A stretch of 54,892 nt of DNA from a candidate division CPR3 bacterium GWF2_35_18 (lineage in GTDB: Bacteria; Patescibacteriota; CPR3; GWF2-35-18), in NCBI GenBank assembly GCA_001771135.1, contig MESW01000008.1, positions 153,630 to 208,521 on the forward strand. Reading direction: 5' to 3'. The first letter of the stretch is position 1, and the number at the start of each line of letters is the position of its first letter. The translations under genes were made by a program, and so were the position numbers. Below the pieces are notes generated by a model. That model was given only the letters and a program-made list of their open reading frames with translations. It did no database searches and was not told the DNA's origin. Below, piece by piece: positions 35,445 through 43,501 of the stretch.

Positions 35445-37121
35445 TTATTGTCGATACTTGAGAGCGGCTTCTATAAATTCTAGAAAAACTGGATGTGGAT
35501 TTAAAGGTGAAGATTTATATTCTGGATGTGCTTGTGTGGCGTAGAAAAATGGATGAGTATCAGAAGGAAGTTCTATCATTTCAACAAAAAAGTTATCTAA
35601 GGAAGTTCCAGAAATAATCATTCCAGCTTCTTCTAACTGTTGTCGATATTCATTGTTGAATTCAAAACGATGTCGGTGACGTTCTGACACAATATGCTTA
35701 TGTTTATCTTTGAAAGCATTATGTTTGCTATAAATTTGCTCGGTTAACGTTCCCTTTTTTATTAAACAATCCCACGCTCCGAGTCTCATTGTGACCCCTT
35801 TTGATTTGATCCGTACGTATCGTTCTTCTTCTGGAATCAGATGAATAATTGGAAAAGGAGTGTCCGGGTTAACTTCTGTAGAGTTAGCATCTTTCATGTG
35901 CAGCACATTTCGAGCAAATTCTACCGTTGCAAGCTGCATTCCATAGCAGAGTCCAAGGTAAGGAATTTTGTTCTCTCGAGCATATTTGATCGCTTTTATT
36001 TTCCCTTCGACCCCTCGATTTCCCCACCCAATTGGAACAATTATACCGTCAGAGTCAGCAACTAAAGCTTCAATATCTTTTTCCTGAAGTTCAGAATTTA
36101 TAAAATTAAGTTCGAGTCCAACTTCTTTATTCCAACAGGCGTGTTTAATCGCTTCAATAAGAGCGGCATAAGAGTCTGCCAGGTTGTATTGGCCAGTTGC
36201 AAAATATTTTCCGACAATTGAGATCTTAATGTTTTTTTCTTTTGGAGCTTTAATTTTAGCAATTAACTTTTCCCAATCTTTAAGGTCTAATCGACGTGTT
36301 TTCAAATGAAGTGATTCTAAGACTTTTCCTTCAAAATTTTGTTGTGCTAAGATTAAAGGTAGTTCATAAATCGTAGTCTCGACATCAGGAGCAGAGATAA
36401 TATTTTCTTTTTTCACATTGCAAAAAAGAGCAAAACGGTCGAGGCGTCTCGTGTCTACCCATTTCTCACTGCGAGCTACAATAAAATCGGGTTGGATACC
36501 CATGGAATTTAGAGTTTTTACTGATAGTTGTGTCGGTTTTGATTTTGGTTCGCCAATGTGTGCCGGAATTGGCATGTAAGAGACGTGAATATGAAGGACA
36601 CTATCCCCTTCACGATATTTCATTTGTCTTGACGCTTCATAATAGAGAATATTTTGATATTCTCCGGCTGTTCCGCCAAGCTCAATAAGTACAATTTCCG
36701 CTTCTTCTTTTTCGGCTGCTTTTTTGATGCGGCTAATTATTTCATCACATACATGTGGAATTGCTTCAACATCTTCCCCTTTATAATAAAAAGAACGTTC
36801 ACGATCAATCACGGTTTTATAAATCTGTCCCATGGTGATGAAGTTATCCATTCCTACATTTTTTCCCAAAAAACGCTCATAAGTTCCCAGATCCATATCA
36901 GCTTCAGTTCCGTCTTCGCAAAGGAAGGGATCACCGTGTTCAATGGGATTAATTGTCCCAGAATCTACATTCAAGTAGTTTTCACATTTGATGCTAGTTA
37001 CTTTGTATCCGTGTCTTTGGAGTAAAAAAGAGAGAGAGGCGGAGACAGTGCCTTTTCCGATTCCGGAAAGGACACCACCTGAAATAAAAATATACTTAGG
37101 GTCAGATTTTTTATTCATCAT
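35445..37121 (-). CDS. pyrG: CTP synthase
   Basis: YIFISGGVLSGIGKG N-terminus. GATase domain with GLCYGMQ (catalytic Cys) and HRHRFEFN. 558 aa. Confidence 0.95.
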   Translation of the reverse strand: MMNKKSDPKYIFISGGVLSGIGKGTVSASLSFLLQRHGYKVTSIKCENYLNVDSGTINPIEHGDPFLCEDGTEADMDLGTYERFLGKNVGMDNFITMGQIYKTVIDRERSFYYKGEDVEAIPHVCDEIISRIKKAAEKEEAEIVLIELGGTAGEYQNILYYEASRQMKYREGDSVLHIHVSYMPIPAHIGEPKSKPTQLSVKTLNSMGIQPDFIVARSEKWVDTRRLDRFALFCNVKKENIISAPDVETTIYELPLILAQQNFEGKVLESLHLKTRRLDLKDWEKLIAKIKAPKEKNIKISIVGKYFATGQYNLADSYAALIEAIKHACWNKEVGLELNFINSELQEKDIEALVADSDGIIVPIGWGNRGVEGKIKAIKYARENKIPYLGLCYGMQLATVEFARNVLHMKDANSTEVNPDTPFPIIHLIPEEERYVRIKSKGVTMRLGAWDCLIKKGTLTEQIYSKHNAFKDKHKHIVSERHRHRFEFNNEYRQQLEEAGMIISGTSLDNFFVEMIELPSDTHPFFYATQAHPEYKSSPLNPHPVFLEFIEAALKYRQ

Positions 37122-37268
37122 AAATTAAACTCAGCTAAACGATATTAAAATACAGTTTTGAGTTTTATTATACCGATAATTTCTATTCTATTTTCAATAT
37201 TAAATATCGATACAATCCGATCCGTAGGTTATCATATTATGTAATAGTTGGCAATGGGAAAAGGATTC

Positions 37269-38321
37269 TTATTTCTTCAAAATGTAATACGTCGATGGAC
37301 CTTTGCCATTCATTTGCAATAGTTTCATATCTGAAAGCTCTTTGAGTTTTGCTTGAGCAGTTCGTTTGGGGATTTGTAAAATATCTACAACGTCTGAACT
37401 TGTTATCTTTCCTACTGTCGAGACAAAATCCATCATTTTCACCTGATCTTTATCAAGAAATATTTGTTCATTCATATTTAGTTCTTTGGCAAAACCCATG
37501 GCCTGAAGATTTTCCTTAACTGTTCGAGCTTCTTCGACAAATCCATCTGTAAAATATTCCAACCAATTAGTTAGATCAGCATGTTTACGAGAATAAAAAG
37601 TCGGTCCAGTATCTAGAGCTTGATAATATTCTTTGCGATTCCGATAATAATATTCGTCCAAAACGAGAATTTTTTTGAAATCATACTTTCTTTGATAAAG
37701 ATGAAGTTGGGTCAAAAGTCTAGTGAGACGACCGTTTCCATCAGTAAAAGGATGAATTGTTACAAACTGGTAATGAAGTAATCCGGCTGTAACAATCGGA
37801 TGCGTTGTTTGAGTGTTATTAGTAGTCCAATCAACAAGTTCGTTTAGATAAAATTCAACCTCTTTGGTTTTACACGGAGTATAGACAACATTTTCTTTTC
37901 CATTATCAATATTGGCAACGTAAACCATATTTGGTCGTAGGTGACCATTCTTTTCTGGAATCACAAGATCCTTCGTTAAAATTTTATGTAAAGTAAGGAT
38001 GTCATTCAAACTGATATTGTTTTTAGTTTGGCTAATCTCTTCCATTTTGGTGATCGATTTTTGGTAGTTTTCAACTTCAAGTACTTCCTTTTGTTCCGCT
38101 GGAATTTTCTCGCCTTCAAATACTTTCTGGACTTGAAATTCTGCCAACTTATTTCCTTCAATAGAGGTTGAAAAATGAGCCATTTTAATTAGTGCTCGAC
38201 GTCTTAAGTGAGCTTCTTGTTTGGGAAGAACTGGAGAACGGTCGACAATAGATTTTATTTCGGCAATTTCCGTTAAATTATTTAAGATTTTATTGGAGAT
38301 TTTGAAATTGGGATTAAACAT
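37269..38321 (-). CDS. Fic family protein (AMPylase type) with an N-terminal inhibitory motif and a C-terminal winged-helix domain
   Basis: Fic motif HPFTDGNGRLTR. N-terminal STSIEGN fits the (S/T)xxxE(G/N) auto-inhibition motif of class II Fic proteins. Confidence 0.9.
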   Translation of the reverse strand: MFNPNFKISNKILNNLTEIAEIKSIVDRSPVLPKQEAHLRRRALIKMAHFSTSIEGNKLAEFQVQKVFEGEKIPAEQKEVLEVENYQKSITKMEEISQTKNNISLNDILTLHKILTKDLVIPEKNGHLRPNMVYVANIDNGKENVVYTPCKTKEVEFYLNELVDWTTNNTQTTHPIVTAGLLHYQFVTIHPFTDGNGRLTRLLTQLHLYQRKYDFKKILVLDEYYYRNRKEYYQALDTGPTFYSRKHADLTNWLEYFTDGFVEEARTVKENLQAMGFAKELNMNEQIFLDKDQVKMMDFVSTVGKITSSDVVDILQIPKRTAQAKLKELSDMKLLQMNGKGPSTYYILKK

Positions 38322-38415
38322 AATATTTTTAAATAATAATCTAATATTTAGTATATCACAACTTCGAAGTAATCATGCCATAATAACGCAGAATATTGTG
38401 CAGTTTATTTTTGTC

Positions 38416-39180
38416 TTAATGATATTTACCCTGTATTTTGTTGATGAGTAGCCAAAAAATGTCGTGGAATAAATACCGTAATTCATTAATAGGATTAACT
38501 TTGCTGATATTCGAGTACGTCCAGGTAACTGGAATTTCTTTTATTCTATAACCATATTTTTTGGATAGCAAAAGTATCTCAACATCAAAAGCTCCGGTAT
38601 AAGCTGTTTTAGCAGGCTTACCTCTTGCTTTAAATACTAGAAGATTGTTAAAAATTTTCTTGGCGACTTTTCCTTCAAACATTTTGAAACCACATTGAGT
38701 ATCTTGAATTTTAGGTAAGAAAAAAAGTTTAATAGCAAAGTTGAATATTCGTCCCAAGATATGACGGGAGTAAGGTTCATTTATCCGTATGGCATTTTTT
38801 GCTTCTCTAGAAGCGATTACTACTTCGAAATTTTGATGTATTAAATCTTCTAGCATTGGGTTAATTGTTTCAATCGGAGTGGAAAGGTCAGCATCAGAAA
38901 ATAATATGTATTTTCCGGTCGTTTCTTCCACTCCCCTTTTTACTGTAAGGGCTTTTCCTAAATGAGAATTTTTCACAAACTTAAAGTCTGAATGTTTCAG
39001 ACAAAAGTTTTTTACCAAATTTTCAGTTTGATCGCTACTACCGTCATCAACGATAATAACTTCGATTTGATACTTTTGGGTTTTGATAAAGCTTTGGATT
39101 ACTGTTAGTGATTGAGCGATTCTGCACTCTTCATTAAAAGTGGGAATAATGATGGATAAAAATGGTTTTGTCTGTGACAT
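38416..39180 (-). CDS. Family 2 glycosyltransferase (polyprenyl-phosphate sugar synthase-like)
   Basis: LSIIIPTFNEE, VIIVDDGSSD and SDADLS (DxD) motifs. 254 aa. It lies 3 nt downstream of the GT39 gene. Confidence 0.85.
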   Translation of the reverse strand: MSQTKPFLSIIIPTFNEECRIAQSLTVIQSFIKTQKYQIEVIIVDDGSSDQTENLVKNFCLKHSDFKFVKNSHLGKALTVKRGVEETTGKYILFSDADLSTPIETINPMLEDLIHQNFEVVIASREAKNAIRINEPYSRHILGRIFNFAIKLFFLPKIQDTQCGFKMFEGKVAKKIFNNLLVFKARGKPAKTAYTGAFDVEILLLSKKYGYRIKEIPVTWTYSNISKVNPINELRYLFHDIFWLLINKIQGKYH

Positions 39181-39183
39181 AAG

Positions 39184-40824
39184 TTAATCCGTTTGCCAAA
39201 CTTCATAGTATTCATTTTCTAGCTTCAATTTGGCATCAGGAAAGACAGCAAGCAGTTTTTCTTTAAAATCAGGATGCCACATTTTTGAAAAAATGTATAT
39301 CCCGCTTTCTTCTTTTGTAAGCTGTCGATAATCTCGTACTTCATAATCTTGTCTACTACTATAAACTAAATATTTGATAGTGTTACCCTCCCAAAAATAA
39401 GCTCTTTCTCCAATCAGACTTTCATAATCAATTTTTGGTTCAAGAGTATGTTTGGGATCCCAAGTATCTATTCCCCAGGAAACAAGATTATATGGTAAAA
39501 AGTTGAGTTTATCATGAAGAGCTTTTTGAGTATCTTTTTTTTGATTCCACATACTACCTAAGATAAAGTATAAAGGTTGATTCTCTTGATACTCTAGCGC
39601 ATACTCACTCATTCTGACCAAATCAACATAGAGTTCTTTATTCAAACCCGATTGGTTTATCCATTTTTGAAAATAGAGGACATAACCATTTATGCTGGTA
39701 TAAATCAGTACTGCAATTATGAGTAACACTGCAAAGATTGGGTGAATTTTTTTCTTTATAATTTGAGCTACTTTTTCGAGACCCAGAGCGATAGTTAAAT
39801 ATAAAAAGGGAATCATTCCAAAGCCTCTTAAAATATGAGGAGTACTGTCAGAAAAAACAACTGGTAGTGTCAGTGCTACTGAAATTGTTAAAACTAAGGC
39901 GTTTGAAACTTTACCGATATTTTTGATTAACAGGAAGAATCCAACCAGAAAAAATCCAGCTTCAACAATAGATAGAAGAGGTATCGAAGTAAAATTGTAT
40001 TGGATCATGGGATCGCCTGTTATAAAAAACATCTTGATCGTAGCGATGATCCTTTCTCCTAGTGTACTTGGGAAATCGCTTTGGGCCTTATAAGTTGATA
40101 AGACACTGGCTCCAAATATACGACCGAAAAAGTCAGCCGGATATCGCAGGCTATAAACTATCATTGGAGCTAAGGTAATAAAAAAACTAATAATCAAATT
40201 TCTAATTTCTTGAGGTTTAATTTGGATTATTTTTTTCCGAAAAACAAAAAACAAAAATAGTAAAACAAAAGGAACGATTCGATAGCTGATATAGGTATAA
40301 AATCCTAAAGCCAGGAAAAATCCAGCGAGGATCCAGGACTGCGAAGTTCTTTTTATATAAGCCCATTTCAAAGTAATGAGTGCCAATAATAAGATAAGAG
40401 GTAAGATGATTACTCTATATCCAAGGCGGGAAAAGTTCAAATGATAGAAAGAAGAAGCGAGTAAAAACGTGCTTATAAGAGCGATTCGGTTGTTATAAAA
40501 AATTTTACCAAAAACATACATTACAGGTAAGGTCAGAACTCCGATAAAAGAAGAGGTTAAATATAAAGCAATTGGCTTATTCCCATAAATTACGACAAAT
40601 AGAGCATTAAAAAATAAAAACAACCCTTCTCGACCGCCATTACGATAGTAAAACGGGAGAATCTTTCCCTGTAAGATATCCAAAGCATCTAGACCATTTA
40701 CTGCAACATCAGGATAAAGTCCGAAGGGAATTTTATCAATTTTATACAGTCTTAAAAAGATTCCCCAAAGAATTATTAAACCGAGGAGAATCAGGTGAAT
40801 ATGTTTCGTCAAAAATTTTCGCAT
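39184..40824 (-). CDS. GT39/ArnT/PMT-like polyprenyl-phosphate-dependent glycosyltransferase
   Basis: About 11-13 TM segments. The first loop has an acidic motif (YPDVAVNGLDALD), and there is a C-terminal soluble domain. Architecture is typical of GT-C enzymes. Confidence 0.65.
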   Translation of the reverse strand: MRKFLTKHIHLILLGLIILWGIFLRLYKIDKIPFGLYPDVAVNGLDALDILQGKILPFYYRNGGREGLFLFFNALFVVIYGNKPIALYLTSSFIGVLTLPVMYVFGKIFYNNRIALISTFLLASSFYHLNFSRLGYRVIILPLILLLALITLKWAYIKRTSQSWILAGFFLALGFYTYISYRIVPFVLLFLFFVFRKKIIQIKPQEIRNLIISFFITLAPMIVYSLRYPADFFGRIFGASVLSTYKAQSDFPSTLGERIIATIKMFFITGDPMIQYNFTSIPLLSIVEAGFFLVGFFLLIKNIGKVSNALVLTISVALTLPVVFSDSTPHILRGFGMIPFLYLTIALGLEKVAQIIKKKIHPIFAVLLIIAVLIYTSINGYVLYFQKWINQSGLNKELYVDLVRMSEYALEYQENQPLYFILGSMWNQKKDTQKALHDKLNFLPYNLVSWGIDTWDPKHTLEPKIDYESLIGERAYFWEGNTIKYLVYSSRQDYEVRDYRQLTKEESGIYIFSKMWHPDFKEKLLAVFPDAKLKLENEYYEVWQTD

Positions 40825-40957
40825 ATGTTTTTCATGTAACTTTTTATTTACCTCTACGTTACTAGAAACAGAGTAATTATACTCGAACCCCCAAAATATG
40901 TATAATATTATTAACAGCTTAATTTCAAAAGTTTAATCTTCATGAAAGAAGGTTTAT

Positions 40958-42919
40958 ATGACAAATTTACATCTTAAAAAGTTGACCGTAATTGGTTTAA
41001 TTCTATTGATTTTAGCTGTAGACCTTGGTTTGGGAATAGGAATTTATTATCTTGTCAATCGTGATCAAGTAAAGATTCCCGAAGCCAAAGGAGACAAACT
41101 TCCAACTTTTTTTTCTTGTTCTGAACTTGCGAAAGTTTTTAAAGAATACGAAAACAGCAATTCTAGAAATGATGTTCTTTATGACCTTATTTCTCCTGGT
41201 ATGAAAATGACCACTGCAACTCAAGAGTCAGGAGCTAATTCAACAACTCCTTCACATTCTGAGACTAACGTGCAAGTTGCGGGTGTTGATGAGGCGGATA
41301 TCGTAAAAAATGACGGGAACTATATTTATACTTTGAGAGGTTCCACCAAAGAAATTGTAATTGTTAAAGCCTATCCAGCTGATGAGACTAAAGTGCTTTC
41401 CAGAATTACTTTTGAATCCAATGAAACTCCAACGGAGATATTTATCGATGGTAACAACTTAATGGTTGTCGGTTCCAGCTATGAAAATGGAGACGGAAAT
41501 GAAATCCAACCAATGATGGAAAAGATGATTTATCCTTACTACTCTACAAATCTTACCTTTGTGAAAATTTACAGCGTTTATAATCATGAAAAACCACAGA
41601 TTAGACGTGATCTGAAATTTCAAGGAACATACCAGACTTCTAGGAAAATCGATGATGAGGTTTATTTTGTTCTTAACGATTATAAATATTGGGATGAAGA
41701 TTATGTAGATCAACCAGAGTTACTTCTTCCTCAATATCAAGAAAATGGTGATACAAAGCCTTTGTGTAACTGTACTGATGTTGAAGCGGTTTTGCCTTTT
41801 AGATATCCTAATTATTTAAACATAATTTCGGTTTCGATCTCTGATTATTCTAAAGATTTTGATAAAGAAGTGATTTTGGGTGGGAGCGACAACGTTTATG
41901 CTTCATTGAATAATCTATATGTTGCAAATACAACGTATATGCAGAATCAACCGATTCTAAAAGAGATGTTTAATTATATTTTCCCCACTCAGGAGATAAC
42001 TACAGTATATAAATTTGCTTTGGAAAACGGAAATATTACCTATAAATCAAAGGGAGATGTTGAAGGAACCGTTTTGAACCAATTTTCGATGGATGAATAT
42101 AATGATTATTTTCGTGTGGCGACAACTGAAGGACATGTGTCTCGCGGTGGCGGAAATTCAAGCAACAATGTTTATGTTTTGGATAAGGAACTAAGTGTCA
42201 CCGGAAGTGTGAATAATATTGCTCCGGGAGAACAGATATATTCGGCACGTTTTATGGGAGATAAAGGGTATGTGGTTACCTTCCAAAAGGTGGATCCGTT
42301 TTTTACCCTCGACTTAAAAGATCCCAAGAATCCTAAAATATTAGGCCAGTTGAAGATTCCAGGTTATTCTGATTATCTACATCCTCTGGATGAAAATCAC
42401 ATTTTAGGATTAGGTAAAAATACAATTCAAGCTGAAGAAGGTGGTTTTGCTTGGTATCAAGGAATTAAGATAGCGATTTTTGATGTAACTGATTTTGCTC
42501 ATCCCAAAGAAGTCTTCAAAACCGAAATTGGTGATCGCGGGACTGATTCTTATGCACTTCACGATCATAAGGCTTTTCTTTATGATGCTCAGAAAGAACT
42601 TCTAGTTATTCCGGTAATGGTCGCTGAGTTGACCGAGGAACAAAAAGTTCAAAGCGAAGCCCCAAATACTTATGGAAACTATACCTTTCAAGGAGCTTAT
42701 GTATATCAGGTAGATGTAGAGACCGGATTCAAACTAAAAGGTCGTGTTACTCATTACGATAATGGTTTTAGTAAAGATCGATATTACTATTATTATAGTG
42801 ATGATAAATCAATTCAAAGATCACTTTATATTGGAGACAACTTATACACTATTTCCGGAACGATGATAAAGGTGAATTCTTTGAGTGATTTGAAAGAAAT
42901 TAAGAAGGTGGAATTGTAA
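40958..42919 (+). CDS. Secreted/anchored beta-propeller domain protein (PF09826 / COG4880-like)
   Basis: N-terminal TM anchor. Motifs NVQVAGVDEADIVKNDGNYIY and GYVVTFQKVDPFFTLDLKDPKNPKILGQLKIPGYSDYLHP are characteristic of this family. Confidence 0.75.
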   Translation: MTNLHLKKLTVIGLILLILAVDLGLGIGIYYLVNRDQVKIPEAKGDKLPTFFSCSELAKVFKEYENSNSRNDVLYDLISPGMKMTTATQESGANSTTPSHSETNVQVAGVDEADIVKNDGNYIYTLRGSTKEIVIVKAYPADETKVLSRITFESNETPTEIFIDGNNLMVVGSSYENGDGNEIQPMMEKMIYPYYSTNLTFVKIYSVYNHEKPQIRRDLKFQGTYQTSRKIDDEVYFVLNDYKYWDEDYVDQPELLLPQYQENGDTKPLCNCTDVEAVLPFRYPNYLNIISVSISDYSKDFDKEVILGGSDNVYASLNNLYVANTTYMQNQPILKEMFNYIFPTQEITTVYKFALENGNITYKSKGDVEGTVLNQFSMDEYNDYFRVATTEGHVSRGGGNSSNNVYVLDKELSVTGSVNNIAPGEQIYSARFMGDKGYVVTFQKVDPFFTLDLKDPKNPKILGQLKIPGYSDYLHPLDENHILGLGKNTIQAEEGGFAWYQGIKIAIFDVTDFAHPKEVFKTEIGDRGTDSYALHDHKAFLYDAQKELLVIPVMVAELTEEQKVQSEAPNTYGNYTFQGAYVYQVDVETGFKLKGRVTHYDNGFSKDRYYYYYSDDKSIQRSLYIGDNLYTISGTMIKVNSLSDLKEIKKVEL

Positions 42920-42926
42920 TAAATGA

Positions 42927-42960
42927 AGGGGGAGCCTCTAATAGAGGCCCCCCCTTTTAG
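42927..42960. terminator. Bidirectional terminator hairpin between the convergent beta-propeller and cobO genes
   Basis: GGGGGAGCCTCT-AAT-AGAGGCCCCCCC followed by TTTT on the plus strand. It is also T-flanked on the minus strand. Confidence 0.7.
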
Positions 42961-42961
42961 T

Positions 42962-43501
42962 TTAAAAGTCTATTCCAGCTTTGGCTTTGATGCCTTTTTG
43001 AAATGGATGTTTGATTTCCTTCATTTCAGTAACCAAATCGGCAAGTTCAATAATTTCATCTGGAGCATTTCTTCCGGTTATTACAAGATCGACATTTTTA
43101 GGTTTTTTAATAATAATATTTATAATTTCAGAAAGTGGAATTAATTTTTCGCGGATTGCCACATTGATTTCATCTAGAATCACAACGTTATATTTACCGG
43201 AAGAGATTTTCTCCTGCGCAAAATTCAGCGCGTTTTTAGCGCTATCTTTGTGTTCCTTGAAAGGTTTTTTATCACCTAAGATTTTTACAAACCCTTCACC
43301 CATTTGGTAAAAATCAATATCCGGTAACTTTTCTAAACTTTTCTTTTCACCAGTAAACCAGGATTTAATGAATTGAACAATTAGAACTTTCTTTTGGTAT
43401 CCAGAAGCGCGCAATGCAAGTCCAAGAGCGGCAGTAGTTTTACCTTTGCCGTTTCCGGTATAGACGATGATTAAACCGTTGTCTGTATTTTTCACCCGCA
43501 T
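42962..43501 (-). CDS. cobO: Cob(I)yrinic acid a,c-diamide / corrinoid adenosyltransferase (CobO/BtuR type)
   Basis: GLIIVYTGNGKGKTTAALGLALRASG...VLIVQFIK...ILDE match the CobA/CobO family. The preferred start is the ATG at 43501, which overlaps the nrdJ stop (ATGCGGGTGA). The ORF track extends to 43534. Confidence 0.85.
   Translation of the reverse strand: MRVKNTDNGLIIVYTGNGKGKTTAALGLALRASGYQKKVLIVQFIKSWFTGEKKSLEKLPDIDFYQMGEGFVKILGDKKPFKEHKDSAKNALNFAQEKISSGKYNVVILDEINVAIREKLIPLSEIINIIIKKPKNVDLVITGRNAPDEIIELADLVTEMKEIKHPFQKGIKAKAGIDF

Noticed and set aside
42923-43310. Plus-strand ORFs 42923-43144 and 43011-43310.
   Set aside because: They are antisense to cobO, which has strong family motifs. 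The first one also begins inside the terminator hairpin.
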